Positions 30,219 through 38,909 of a stretch of DNA of 64,000 bases are shown here, piece after piece. Below the pieces are notes generated by a model. It saw only the letters and a list, made by a program, of their open reading frames with translations, did not search any database and had not been told where the DNA came from. Position numbers and translations under genes: made by a program. The stretch is from Patescibacteria group bacterium. GTDB lineage: Bacteria > Patescibacteriota > Patescibacteriia > UBA1558 > UBA10009. The first letter of the stretch is position 1. Every line of letters starts with the position of its first letter. The stretch lies in contig JBAZSE010000001.1 in the NCBI GenBank assembly GCA_041662565.1, positions 1,084-65,083 of the forward strand, given 5' to 3'.

Positions 30219-31445
30219 ATGAAAGCATTAGTCAAAAGCAAGCCGATTGTTGGTCAGGAATGGCCAAAGGGTTTAAAAATAGAAGAACGTCCTGAACCGC
30301 AAATTAAAGATTCAGGCGAGGTTAAACTTAAAGTATTAGCTGCTGCTTTATGCGGGACCGATATTTCCATTTACAATTCCACTGATGCCTTAAAAGAATC
30401 AATGAAAAATATCAATGAAAATGGCGTGATTACCGGGCACGAGTTTTGCAGTGAATTGGTGGAAGCCGGCGAAGCGGCTAAGAAAAAGATTTTTGATTTA
30501 ATTCTCGTTTTTTATGCCGATAATCAATTAGTTAAAGATTTTATCAACAGTCGGAGTAAGGAGGAAGTTGTAGCCGATCCGACTTGGTTGGATTTTGTAA
30601 AAAATAATTTTTATCTCACAGCGGAAATGCATTTGGTTTGTTGGCAATGCCGCCAATGTCAAAATAATGAAAGCCATGCTTGCAAAAACACTATCATTAA
30701 GGGCTTGCATCAGGATGGTGCTTTTGCCCCATACGTAGTCGTGCCATCCAGCAATTTGATTATTTTTTTAAAGAATGAGTTGCCAGTGGAAATTATCGCC
30801 TTTATGGATGCCATTGGCAATGCCACGCATACCGTTCAATCGGCCGGCGTGGAGGGGAAAAATATTTTAATTTTAGGTGCTGGCATCCAGGGGTTGATGG
30901 CTGTGGCTGTTGCCCGTAAAATGGGAGCCGCCAAGATTTTTATCAATGATGCTTCTGATCCTGCCCGTGGTTTAACGCCCGAAGTTTTGCAATCAACCAA
31001 GTTTGCTATGGCTAAAAAATTGGGTGCTGATTATTGTTTTGATGTGTCGTTGCAAAAAGCGGAGTTTGAACAAAAAGTTAAAGAGGTTACCAATGAAACG
31101 GGAGTGGATGCGGTTTTGGAAATGTCCGGTTCATATTACGCCCTGGCTGACGGTTTTAAAAATGTGCGCATGGCCGGCGTGATCGCTTTATTGGGCTTGC
31201 CTTCGGGCAAAATGGAAGTGGATTTTTCCAAGGATATAATTTTTAGGGGCATAACCGTTAAAGGAGTAATTGGCCGCCAAATGTTTAAAACATGGGAAGT
31301 TATGCGTACTATTTTAACCTCTGGCTTGGCTGAATTGTTAATTAAAAGCGGAATTGTGACCCATGATTTGCCTTTGGAAAAATTCGAAGAAGGTTTTGCC
31401 GCCCTTAAAAAAGGCGAAGCGTTAAAAGTATTATTAAGGCCGTAA
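30219..31445 (+). CDS. tdh: L-threonine 3-dehydrogenase (Zn-dependent MDR family). It has a ~45-aa insertion before the structural-Zn Cys4 motif.
   Basis: It has 'MKALVK', 'CGTDISIY', 'GHEFCSELVEAGE' and 'CWQCRQCQNNESHAC'. It is adjacent to kbl. Confidence 0.75.
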   Translation: MKALVKSKPIVGQEWPKGLKIEERPEPQIKDSGEVKLKVLAAALCGTDISIYNSTDALKESMKNINENGVITGHEFCSELVEAGEAAKKKIFDLILVFYADNQLVKDFINSRSKEEVVADPTWLDFVKNNFYLTAEMHLVCWQCRQCQNNESHACKNTIIKGLHQDGAFAPYVVVPSSNLIIFLKNELPVEIIAFMDAIGNATHTVQSAGVEGKNILILGAGIQGLMAVAVARKMGAAKIFINDASDPARGLTPEVLQSTKFAMAKKLGADYCFDVSLQKAEFEQKVKEVTNETGVDAVLEMSGSYYALADGFKNVRMAGVIALLGLPSGKMEVDFSKDIIFRGITVKGVIGRQMFKTWEVMRTILTSGLAELLIKSGIVTHDLPLEKFEEGFAALKKGEALKVLLRP

Positions 31446-31489
31446 AATTAGTTGCCGATTATTAGTTACCGGCATTTAAGTTCAAATAT

Positions 31490-32713
31490 ATGTATTCATC
31501 AGAATTATTAAATTTAATCACACAAGAAGTTTCTTTGCTTAAAGCCAATGGCAAATATAAGTTTGAAGCACCATTAGAATCGGCCCAAAGTTCAAAGGTT
31601 AAAGTTGCCGGCAAGGAAGTATTAATGTTTGCTTCCAATAACTATTTGGGATTAGCTAACCATCCGGAAATTATTACCGCCGCCAAAAAATCTTTGGATC
31701 AATATGGCTATGGCTTGGCTTCGGTTAGGTTTATTGCGGGCACTACAAAATTGCATTTGGAATTGGAAAAAAAATGTTCTGAATTTTTAGGCACCGAGGA
31801 TACTATATTATTCGGTTCGTGTTTTGCCGCCAATGAAGCTTTTTTTACCGCGTTAATCCAACAAACAGAAGGGCAAACTAAAAAATCGGTTATCTATAGC
31901 GATGAGCTTAACCATGCCAGTATTATAGATGGTCTTAAGTTGGTTAAAAAAGATTTGGTAGTCAAAAGAATTTATGCGCACAATGATTCCTCTGCCTTGG
32001 AACAAATGCTCAAAGAGGATGAGAACGAAAATTATTTTCTAAAAATTATCGCTTCTGATGGTGTTTTTAGCATGGAAGGAGAATTGGCTAAATTACCGGA
32101 GCTTGTTAGAATTGCCACAGACCATCGGGCCCTATTGTTTGTTGATGATTCGCATGGGGTTGGGGTTTGTGGAGCCCATGGCCAGGGCTCGCCCGAAGAA
32201 TTAAATGTCTCCGGTCAAATTGATGTTTTAAGCGGAACTTTTGGCAAGGCCTTGGGAGGGGCGGCGGGCGGTTATTTAAGTGGCAAAAAAGAACTGATTG
32301 AATTTATGCGCCAAAAAGCCCGTCCTTATATTTTTTCCAATTCTTTGCCGCCAATGATTGTGGCCTCAACTATGGCCGCTTTGGATTTATTACATCAACA
32401 TCCCGAATTAATTGAGCAATCAAAAGAAAATACCGCTTACTTTAGGCAAGAAATTAAAGCCAGGGGATTTAAAATAATTGAGGGAGATCATCCGATTGTG
32501 CCGATTATGATCGGCGAAGCGGCCTTAACGCAAAAAATGGCTAAAGAATTATTGGCACGCGGGCTATATTTATTCGGCTTATGGTTTCCGGTGGTGCCAG
32601 AAGGCCAAGCCAGATTGCGAGCGCAAATTTCTGCTGCTCACACTAGAGCCGATTTAAATCAGGCCTTGGATATTTTAACTGTTGTTGGTAAAGAATTAGG
32701 AGTAATTAAATAA
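31490..32713 (+). CDS. kbl: 2-amino-3-ketobutyrate CoA ligase (glycine C-acetyltransferase), PLP-dependent.
   Basis: It has 'ASNNYLGLANHPEI' and 'GTFGKALGGAAGGY' (PLP lysine region). It pairs with tdh. Confidence 0.8.
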   Translation: MYSSELLNLITQEVSLLKANGKYKFEAPLESAQSSKVKVAGKEVLMFASNNYLGLANHPEIITAAKKSLDQYGYGLASVRFIAGTTKLHLELEKKCSEFLGTEDTILFGSCFAANEAFFTALIQQTEGQTKKSVIYSDELNHASIIDGLKLVKKDLVVKRIYAHNDSSALEQMLKEDENENYFLKIIASDGVFSMEGELAKLPELVRIATDHRALLFVDDSHGVGVCGAHGQGSPEELNVSGQIDVLSGTFGKALGGAAGGYLSGKKELIEFMRQKARPYIFSNSLPPMIVASTMAALDLLHQHPELIEQSKENTAYFRQEIKARGFKIIEGDHPIVPIMIGEAALTQKMAKELLARGLYLFGLWFPVVPEGQARLRAQISAAHTRADLNQALDILTVVGKELGVIK

Positions 32714-32722
32714 AGTTCGCTT

Positions 32723-32796
32723 GGCTGGGAAAGAAAAATTTTTCCGCGGGGACGCTCGAGTACTCGCGAAAGCAGAAAAATTTTCCTTTCCCAGCC
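32723..32796. repeat. Long hairpin (ggctgggaaagaaaaatttttccgcg ... cgcgaaagcagaaaaattttcctttcccagcc) between kbl and the GNAT gene.
   Basis: The ~22-bp arms are near-perfectly complementary. There is no T-run. Confidence 0.5.
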
Positions 32797-32813
32797 CTGC
32801 TCACAATTCATAT

Positions 32814-33236
32814 ATGATTACAATCCGTCAATTTAAAAAAGAAGATGCTACGCAGGTTGCTGTTTTAATTCCTCAACTAACTAAGAATATCGTTGAACCG
32901 GCAAGCTTGGTTAAGCGTTTGGAAAATTTAGCCACTGCACAAAATTGGCAATATTTTGTGGCTGAATTGGAGGATAAAATTGTCGGTTTTGCCGGCTTGG
33001 TTTGGTATCCGGTTGCTTCCAAAGGATTAATTGGTTGGATTGAAGAAGTGGTGGTTGATGAGGCATTTCGCGGCCAAGGCATTGGGCGATCTTTAATGGA
33101 GGTATTGTTAAAATTAGCTGAAGAAAAAAATATCAAGCAAGTAAAATTAACCAGTACCAATATCGCTTTGCCATTGTATGAAAAATTCGGTTTTAATAAA
33201 AAAGACCAAGATTATTTAGTGAAAAATCTTGATTGA
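32814..33236 (+). CDS. GNAT-family N-acetyltransferase. The start is placed at 'MITIRQFKKED', not the ORF-track 32721 start, which would run through the hairpin.
   Basis: It has 'RGQGIGRSLMEVLL' (acetyl-CoA binding motif). Confidence 0.7.
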   Translation: MITIRQFKKEDATQVAVLIPQLTKNIVEPASLVKRLENLATAQNWQYFVAELEDKIVGFAGLVWYPVASKGLIGWIEEVVVDEAFRGQGIGRSLMEVLLKLAEEKNIKQVKLTSTNIALPLYEKFGFNKKDQDYLVKNLD

Positions 33237-34492
33237 TTATGCGCTATATTGCCGATTTCCATATTCATTCGCCTTATGCCCGCGCTTGTTCGCCAAAGCT
33301 GACTTTAGCCAATATTGATGCTTGGGCCAAGTTAAAAGGTATTAACATTGTGGGTACCGGGGATTTTAGCCATCCGGCCAGATTTAAGGAAATAGAAAAT
33401 AATTTGGTGGAAAAATATCCCGGCCTGTATCAATTTAAAGGTTCCTCAACGGGAACTCTTTTTATGCTGACCACTGAAATCGCCTGTATCTTTAGTCAGG
33501 GCGGTAAAACCAGGCGTTTGCATATCTGCATTTTGGCGCCCAATTTGGATTTTGTAAAAAAATTAAATGCCCAGCTTACGGCCCGCGGTTGCAAATTGGC
33601 ATCGGATGGCCGACCGATTATCGGAATGAGTGCTAAAGAATTACTAAAAATTTGTTTAAGTATTGATGAAAATCACTTAACCATTCCTGCTCATGCTTGG
33701 ACCCCGTGGTTTGCAATTTTTGGTTCCAAATCCGGTTTTGATTCTATTTCGGAATGTTACGAAGATTTAAGCAAATATATCTATGCCATAGAAACCGGTT
33801 TATCATCCGATCCGCTGATGAACTGGCGCCTTTCGGCTTTGGATAAAATTACTTTGCTTTCCAATTCCGATGCTCATAGCTTGGAAAATTTAGGTCGAGA
33901 GGCCAATGTGTTTGAGCTTAATAAACCATCGTATCAAGAAATTTTTGAAATAATAAAAAATCAGGATAAAAAAAAGTTTTTATACACTATTGAATTTTTC
34001 CCTGAAGAAGGCATGTATCATTTTGACGGGCATCGCGCCTGTAAAATAAGTTGGTCACCTGTTCAAACTAAAAAAAATAAAAATATCTGTCCGGTTTGCA
34101 AAAAAACGGTTACAGTCGGCGTTTTGAACCGTGTGGATAACTTAGCCGATCGGTTGGAAAAAAAGATTGATAAATCACAATTTATTCCTTTTAAAAGCAT
34201 TATACCTTTAGCGGAAATTATTGCCGATAGTTATGGTGTGGGCAAAAATTCTAAAAAAGTTTATGCAGAATATTTTAATTTGATAAAAGATAACAGGAAT
34301 GAATTTGAAATATTATTGGATACGCCGTTTGATGTTTTAAAAAAATTAACTCTGCCGCAAATAGCTGAGGGCATTATCAGGGTAAGAAAAGGCCAAGTTA
34401 TTTTAACTCCTGGTTTTGACGGGCAGTACGGAAAAATTCAGGTTTTTTCCGAGCAAGAGCGTGCGGTAAATCGCCAAAAACCCTTATTTTAA
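33233..34492 (+). CDS. Endonuclease Q (EndoQ)-like PHP-fold nuclease with a C-terminal Zn-ribbon.
   Basis: It has 'DFHIHSPYA', 'GINIVGTGD', 'IPAHAWTPW', 'LSNSDAHS', 'CPVCKK' and 'GFDGQYGKIQV'. These motifs match archaeal/Bacillus EndoQ. The match is recalled from memory, not searched. Confidence 0.55.
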   Translation: MIMRYIADFHIHSPYARACSPKLTLANIDAWAKLKGINIVGTGDFSHPARFKEIENNLVEKYPGLYQFKGSSTGTLFMLTTEIACIFSQGGKTRRLHICILAPNLDFVKKLNAQLTARGCKLASDGRPIIGMSAKELLKICLSIDENHLTIPAHAWTPWFAIFGSKSGFDSISECYEDLSKYIYAIETGLSSDPLMNWRLSALDKITLLSNSDAHSLENLGREANVFELNKPSYQEIFEIIKNQDKKKFLYTIEFFPEEGMYHFDGHRACKISWSPVQTKKNKNICPVCKKTVTVGVLNRVDNLADRLEKKIDKSQFIPFKSIIPLAEIIADSYGVGKNSKKVYAEYFNLIKDNRNEFEILLDTPFDVLKKLTLPQIAEGIIRVRKGQVILTPGFDGQYGKIQVFSEQERAVNRQKPLF

Positions 34493-34512
34493 AGGCAAAA
34501 TCAATCCAAAAA

Positions 34513-34552
34513 CAAAATCCCCTTCAAGCATGGAGACGGGGATTTTGTTTTT
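34513..34552. terminator. Bidirectional intrinsic terminator (aaaatcccc...ggggatttt, flanked by A/T runs).
   Basis: A 9-bp stem has T-runs on both strands. It lies between the convergent EndoQ gene and the small basic protein gene. Confidence 0.6.
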
Positions 34553-34571
34553 CTATTTAAAGAGAAAAAAT

Positions 34572-34697
34572 TTACCTTTTTCTTTTTTTAGCCACCTTTT
34601 TTCTTTTAGGGGCTGCTTTTCTTTTAGCTACTTTCTTTCTCTTTGGAGCGGCCTTCCTTTTTTTAGGAGCGGCTTTTTTTCTTTTTTTGACTGCCAT
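34572..34697 (-). CDS. Unannotated 41-aa extremely basic Lys/Arg/Ala/Pro-repeat protein MAVKKRKKAAPKKRKAAPKRKKVAKRKAAPKRKKVAKKRKR. It resembles a histone H1/Hc1-like or AlgP-like nucleoid protein.
   Basis: It has a strong RBS (GGAGGTG, 8 nt before ATG) and an in-frame TAA, with a terminator immediately downstream. It is missing from the ORF track because it is shorter than 60 aa. Confidence 0.6.
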   Translation of the reverse strand: MAVKKRKKAAPKKRKAAPKRKKVAKRKAAPKRKKVAKKRKR

Positions 34698-34721
34698 GTT
34701 GTTTCACCTCCTCTCATTGGT

Positions 34722-34743
34722 TAAGCGAATAATTATTCGCTTA
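34722..34743. promoter_or_regulatory. Perfect 22-bp palindrome taagcgaataa/ttattcgctta, between the predicted promoter and the RBS of the small basic protein gene. It is a candidate operator.
   Basis: 11-bp perfect arms. Confidence 0.4.
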
Positions 34744-34903
34744 GATTGTAGATTTATTTTTACAATTAAAATATTTTAATAATAAAAATAATCTCTGACC
34801 AATATATTATACAACATAATTAAATAAATTGATATAGTCAAGCAAATATTTTGACAAACAAAAAAGACTTTTTCACAAGCCCTTTAAATTATGTTGATAT
34901 TTT

Positions 34904-35587
34904 CTATGGTTGTTTAACCAAATTTCTTTTAATAATGTATTCTTGCGTTCCTATCGTAATTACTCCTATTATTAACATAATTAATCTAGCATATGCGGCA
35001 ATGGCAATGCCCTCGGAGCCTCGGTCGCCAAGATAACTATAGGCTGACTTTGCCAGAGTTCCTGAGACAATGGGTAAAATAAACCTTTTGAATTTAATCG
35101 GTCCAGTGGCCATCACATAAGTCAATTCGTCATCGGGAGTAAAAGGTAGGATATAAACAATTAATAAGGTCATCGGCCCAATTTTGTTGGTTAGTTGATC
35201 AAAACGGCTGTAGAAATCAGAAGAAATGATTTTTTGCAGCAAGGGGCGTCCATATTTTTTTACTAATAACACGATGATGAATAGTCCAATTGAGGTTGAG
35301 AGAAAGTTTATAATAAAACCAACATCTCCTCCAAAGATATATCCAGATACAATGAGAATAGCGGTGTTTAAGAGTGGCGTTAGGGTAACATAAATTATTT
35401 CAATGATGGAATAGGTAATGACACCTAACGCTCCACTAGCATTAACAACTGACTGCAGTGCCTCCCTGTCAACATATTTATTAAAAATAATCGCTGTAAT
35501 AATCATTAAAAAAACATAAATACTCAAAGTAATTATGCTTTTTAATTTAACCTGATTATGAAATAATTTATTTGCGATATTCATCAT
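34904..35587 (-). CDS. DedA/TVP38-family integral membrane protein.
   Basis: It has multiple TM helices. The motif 'YILPFTPDDELTYVMATGPIKFKRFILPIVSGTLAKS' is consistent with DedA. Confidence 0.55.
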   Translation of the reverse strand: MMNIANKLFHNQVKLKSIITLSIYVFLMIITAIIFNKYVDREALQSVVNASGALGVITYSIIEIIYVTLTPLLNTAILIVSGYIFGGDVGFIINFLSTSIGLFIIVLLVKKYGRPLLQKIISSDFYSRFDQLTNKIGPMTLLIVYILPFTPDDELTYVMATGPIKFKRFILPIVSGTLAKSAYSYLGDRGSEGIAIAAYARLIMLIIGVITIGTQEYIIKRNLVKQP

Positions 35588-35593
35588 TAACTC

Positions 35594-35669
35594 TGGTGGA
35601 CCCTGCCGGGATCGAACCGGCCGCCTCCGCGATGCAAACGCGGCGCTCTACCAAATGAGCTAAGGGCCC
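35594..35669 (-). tRNA. tRNA-Ala (anticodon TGC) with G3:U70.
   Basis: Manually folded. The acceptor is gggccct/agggtcc. The anticodon stem is ccgcg/cgcgg with loop tttgcat. CCA is encoded. Confidence 0.8.
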
Positions 35670-35918
35670 CTATTGTTGTCCTTTAAATAAAGGAGAAAAA
35701 ATCGCCCAAATCACTCCTTCTATAAAACCAAACATGTAAAGCATGGCGATAATAATTCCGGCCAAGCCGATTAGTTTCCACATTAATCTGGAACCGCCGG
35801 ATGAACCCAAATGTTCTTCGGCCCAATCATTATGGCCGAAGTTTTCTACAATCCAATTGGCTTGCCAAACCAGCAAAAAGCTGGCCGCAATACCTAGTAA
35901 ACCAATAAAAAATCTCAT
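35670..35918 (-). CDS. Small (82 aa) two-TM membrane protein, hypothetical.
   Basis: An ORF with two hydrophobic helices. It sits between two tRNAs. Confidence 0.35.
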   Translation of the reverse strand: MRFFIGLLGIAASFLLVWQANWIVENFGHNDWAEEHLGSSGGSRLMWKLIGLAGIIIAMLYMFGFIEGVIWAIFSPLFKGQQ

Positions 35919-35967
35919 AGATTTATTTATGGTGTGGCGCTTAGCGCCACATCCACCACGCTAAGCG

Positions 35968-36044
35968 TGGTGGACCTGGGCGGAGTCGAACCGCCGACCT
36001 CCACAATGCGAATGTGGCGCTCTAGCCAATTGAGCTACAGGCCC
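35968..36044 (-). tRNA. tRNA-Ala (anticodon CGC) with G3:U70. The 3' trailer folds into two GCUUAGC/GCUAAGC hairpins, and the first uses the CCACCA end.
   Basis: Acceptor gggcctg/caggtcc. Anticodon stem ccaca/tgtgg with loop ttcgcat. Confidence 0.75.
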
Positions 36045-36064
36045 CGGTCATCTCAAATTAATTC

Positions 36065-36141
36065 TGGTGGGTCCGAGAGGGGTCGAACCTCTGACCTCAT
36101 GGATGTAAACCATGCGCTCTAACCAACTGAGCTACGAACCC
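36065..36141 (-). tRNA. tRNA-Val (anticodon TAC).
   Basis: The revcomp is gggttcgtagctcagttggttagagc...catggtttacatccatg...ggttcgacccctctcggacccacca. Confidence 0.8.
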
Positions 36142-36153
36142 TCTAGTGGGGAT

Positions 36154-36238
36154 GGTGCGCGGGAGAGGACTTGAACCTCCACGGGGTTGCCCCCACCACC
36201 ACCTCAAGGTGGCCTGGCTACCATTACAGCACCCGCGC
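36154..36238 (-). tRNA. tRNA-Leu (anticodon GAG), class II with a long variable arm.
   Basis: Acceptor gcgcggg/cccgcgc. Anticodon stem ccacc/ggtgg with loop ttgaggt. Variable arm tgggggcaaccccg. Confidence 0.75.
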
Positions 36239-36243
36239 TCACA

Positions 36244-36888
36244 TTAAATATCTTGTTTTAAAGTCAAATTTATTTTATTCAATTTCCGTTTAAGCAGGGG
36301 AATATTTTTTGAGTAATACATTTTTTTAATCACAATCCTCGCTTCATTTTTTGCATATTTTAATTGATAAGCTCTACTAACAAAGCTTTTATTTATATGA
36401 CCCTTTACGTCAAATTGTTTTTGCATTTCTTGTTGTAGCCAATTAATATGCTTAATGCTGGCCGAACAAAAAGAAAGATAAAACATAAAACTGGATTTCC
36501 ATCTTTTATCCCAGTAGGAGTAAAAACTGCCATCTCCATCAAAAAGACCCCTGATAAAATCCGGAAAGAATTTTTTCGGGATTTTTATCTCGTCAATAGT
36601 TTTTGATTTTGCCGGCGTCAAACCGATTTCTATAAGTAAGTTGTAAAGATTTACATCACTAAATTGAACGCAATAATATGTTTTATCAGGCGCAAAGCCA
36701 CTTTTCTTTAAACTTACCTTTGTTTTTAGATCAAGGCAAGTTTTAAATGTTTGAATGAGCTGTAAATCTTTAGAGACAAAGGTAATGTGCCTTTTATCTT
36801 TGGATAAATTACCATCAGTAGCAATTAAGCCAACTGCATAGGCTAATTTAGCCGACCACAATCTCGATTTTTTATTTAACTGTTTCAT
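36244..36888 (-). CDS. Free-standing double-motif LAGLIDADG homing endonuclease (214 aa). Its stop is 5 nt from the tRNA-Leu 5' end, between rplS and the tRNA cluster.
   Basis: It has two LAGLIDADG motifs ('LAYAVGLIATDGNL' and 'FIRGLFDGDGSFY'). Confidence 0.7.
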   Translation of the reverse strand: MKQLNKKSRLWSAKLAYAVGLIATDGNLSKDKRHITFVSKDLQLIQTFKTCLDLKTKVSLKKSGFAPDKTYYCVQFSDVNLYNLLIEIGLTPAKSKTIDEIKIPKKFFPDFIRGLFDGDGSFYSYWDKRWKSSFMFYLSFCSASIKHINWLQQEMQKQFDVKGHINKSFVSRAYQLKYAKNEARIVIKKMYYSKNIPLLKRKLNKINLTLKQDI

Positions 36889-36939
36889 TAAGGTATATTA
36901 TACCTCAATGTTAAAGCGTATACCAGTAAATTTATCCCC

Positions 36940-37290
36940 TTATTTAACTATCTTTTCCTTGAGCTTCTTTTTGTAGGTTTTAAGATAATCAAGCTTAGCG
37001 CGCCTAACTTGAGCAATTTTCTTTAATTCAATTTTAACGATATTGGGAGAGTAAACCGGGTATACTCTTTCCACGCCTACTCCCTCGGAAACCTTACGAA
37101 CGGTAATGGTGGCACCTTTTTCCAAGCCGTGCTTGCGGGCAATTACCATGCCTTCAAAAACCTGGACGCGCTCTTTTTCTTCGCCCTTGGTATTTTTTTC
37201 TTTGATTTTTTGGTGAACCCTGATGGTCATGCCTGGCCTGACTTCCGGGTAACCGGCTGCGCTGGTGTTAGCAGATGTTTTGGTTGTCAT
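36940..37290 (-). CDS. rplS: 50S ribosomal protein L19.
   Basis: It has '[15 protein letters not shown]...[14 protein letters not shown]...[24 protein letters not shown]'. Confidence 0.88.
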   Translation of the reverse strand: MTTKTSANTSAAGYPEVRPGMTIRVHQKIKEKNTKGEEKERVQVFEGMVIARKHGLEKGATITVRKVSEGVGVERVYPVYSPNIVKIELKKIAQVRRAKLDYLKTYKKKLKEKIVK

Positions 37291-37392
37291 AGAATATCTG
37301 TTTAATTGTTAATTAAAATATGTAAAACTAGACCTAACAATAGCCAAAAATGGACTTTTTGTCAAGTTTAATTCAAAAGGATAGTGGCTGTG

Positions 37393-37977
37393 CTATTTTT
37401 TCTTGAGCAAGTAGCCTTCTTTTTTTAAAATGGCTAAAATTTGTTTTAAAGTTTGAAAAAGCTTGTCTTCTTTATTAATGACGGTGTATTGGTAATATTT
37501 TTCTTCCTGTTTAATTTCTTTTTTGGCATTAGCCAAACGTTTGGCCAGCTCCAAGGGAGCCATATCCGGTTGCCTGTTAAGCAAGCGGTTTTTAATAGCC
37601 GCTAACGATTCGGCTTTAATAAAAATGCTAACAGCATCATAATGCTTTTTGTAAAATTTAGTGCCAATGTAATCGGTGTTGGCCACCACATTATAACCGC
37701 GCTTTAATTTACCGGTTAAATCAGGTAGATAGGTGCCATAATAGGTTTTGCGGTTTTTAATGTAAGTGTATTCAATAATTTTGTTTTCTTTAATTAATTT
37801 TTTGAATTCTTCATTGCTGAAAAAATAATAATCCCGTCCATTTTTTTCATTTAATCTGGGAGCGCGGGTTGTGGCCGTAACCAATCTTTTAAAAATTGGA
37901 TATTTTTTCAATAAAAGTTTGGTAACCGTGCTTTCGCCCGAACCGGTTGGTCCGGAGATAATTAAAATTTGTTTCAT
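37393..37977 (-). CDS. gmk: Guanylate kinase.
   Basis: P-loop 'ISGPTGSGEST', 'TTRAPR' and 'GRDYYFFSNEEF...YYGT'. Confidence 0.8.
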   Translation of the reverse strand: MKQILIISGPTGSGESTVTKLLLKKYPIFKRLVTATTRAPRLNEKNGRDYYFFSNEEFKKLIKENKIIEYTYIKNRKTYYGTYLPDLTGKLKRGYNVVANTDYIGTKFYKKHYDAVSIFIKAESLAAIKNRLLNRQPDMAPLELAKRLANAKKEIKQEEKYYQYTVINKEDKLFQTLKQILAILKKEGYLLKKK

Positions 37978-38909
37978 ACAAGTTTTTTCAGAATAGTATC
38001 AAGATTAGTCGGCAAGGGGCTGGTAAATTCCTGCCATTTGTTTTTTAAATCATAAAAGCCCAAAAGATGCGAATGCAAAAAAATTCTTTTTAAATTAAAG
38101 CTATCTTTGTATCTTTCGTGGCCATAAAGTTCATCACCGATTAAGGGATGATCAATGGCACTTAAGTGGGCTCTAAGTTGATGCGAACGACCGGTTTTTA
38201 GGTACAGTTTAAGATACGTATAATTTGTCAGTTTTTTAATAACCAAATATTCGGTTAACGATTCTCGGCCTTCCGCTCCCTTGGCTTGAGCCACAATTTT
38301 GCCCGACCGACGCGATCTTTTTAAAGGAAAATCAATAATGCCTTCGTCGGCTGAAATTTTGCCGTAAACCAGTCCTAAGTATTCTTTTTTAGTTTGCCTG
38401 GCTTTAAATTGTTGTTTTAAATGCGCATACATGGGCTTGGTTTTGGCAATTACCAACAGTCCGGAAACGCCTTTGTCCAATCTGTGCACTAATCCGGGCC
38501 TTTCCGGATTTTCACCTACTTTTTTAATAGCGGGAAATTTTTTTACCAGCCAGTCAATTAATGTTAGTTCTGTTGATTGGGAAGTAGGATGAACCAGTAA
38601 GCCGGCCGGTTTGGTAATAACCAAATAATCGGCTGTTTGTTTAATAATTACAGGTAAGAGCGTTTTATCAATCTTTGTTTTAACCGGCTTTTCTATTACA
38701 GGTTTTTTAACTTCAACGGTTGCTTTTTTGGCAATAATGATATCGCCTTTTTTTAACCAATGGTGGCTGGCAACGGTTTGGCCGTTAACCAAAAATTCGC
38801 CGCCTTCAATCATTTTTTGAATTTGCGAGCGGGAAAGTTTTTTTAGTTCATTGGCTAAAAATTTATCCAGCCGTTCTTTGCCTTCATTTTGGTAGGTGAT
38901 TGTTTTCAT
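37974..38909 (-). CDS. rluD: RluA-family 23S rRNA pseudouridine synthase (RluD-like) with an N-terminal S4 domain.
   Basis: S4 region 'LDKFLANELKKLSRSQIQKMI' and catalytic 'HRLDKGVSGLLVIAKT'. It overlaps gmk by 4 nt. Confidence 0.8.
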   Translation of the reverse strand: MKTITYQNEGKERLDKFLANELKKLSRSQIQKMIEGGEFLVNGQTVASHHWLKKGDIIIAKKATVEVKKPVIEKPVKTKIDKTLLPVIIKQTADYLVITKPAGLLVHPTSQSTELTLIDWLVKKFPAIKKVGENPERPGLVHRLDKGVSGLLVIAKTKPMYAHLKQQFKARQTKKEYLGLVYGKISADEGIIDFPLKRSRRSGKIVAQAKGAEGRESLTEYLVIKKLTNYTYLKLYLKTGRSHQLRAHLSAIDHPLIGDELYGHERYKDSFNLKRIFLHSHLLGFYDLKNKWQEFTSPLPTNLDTILKKLV

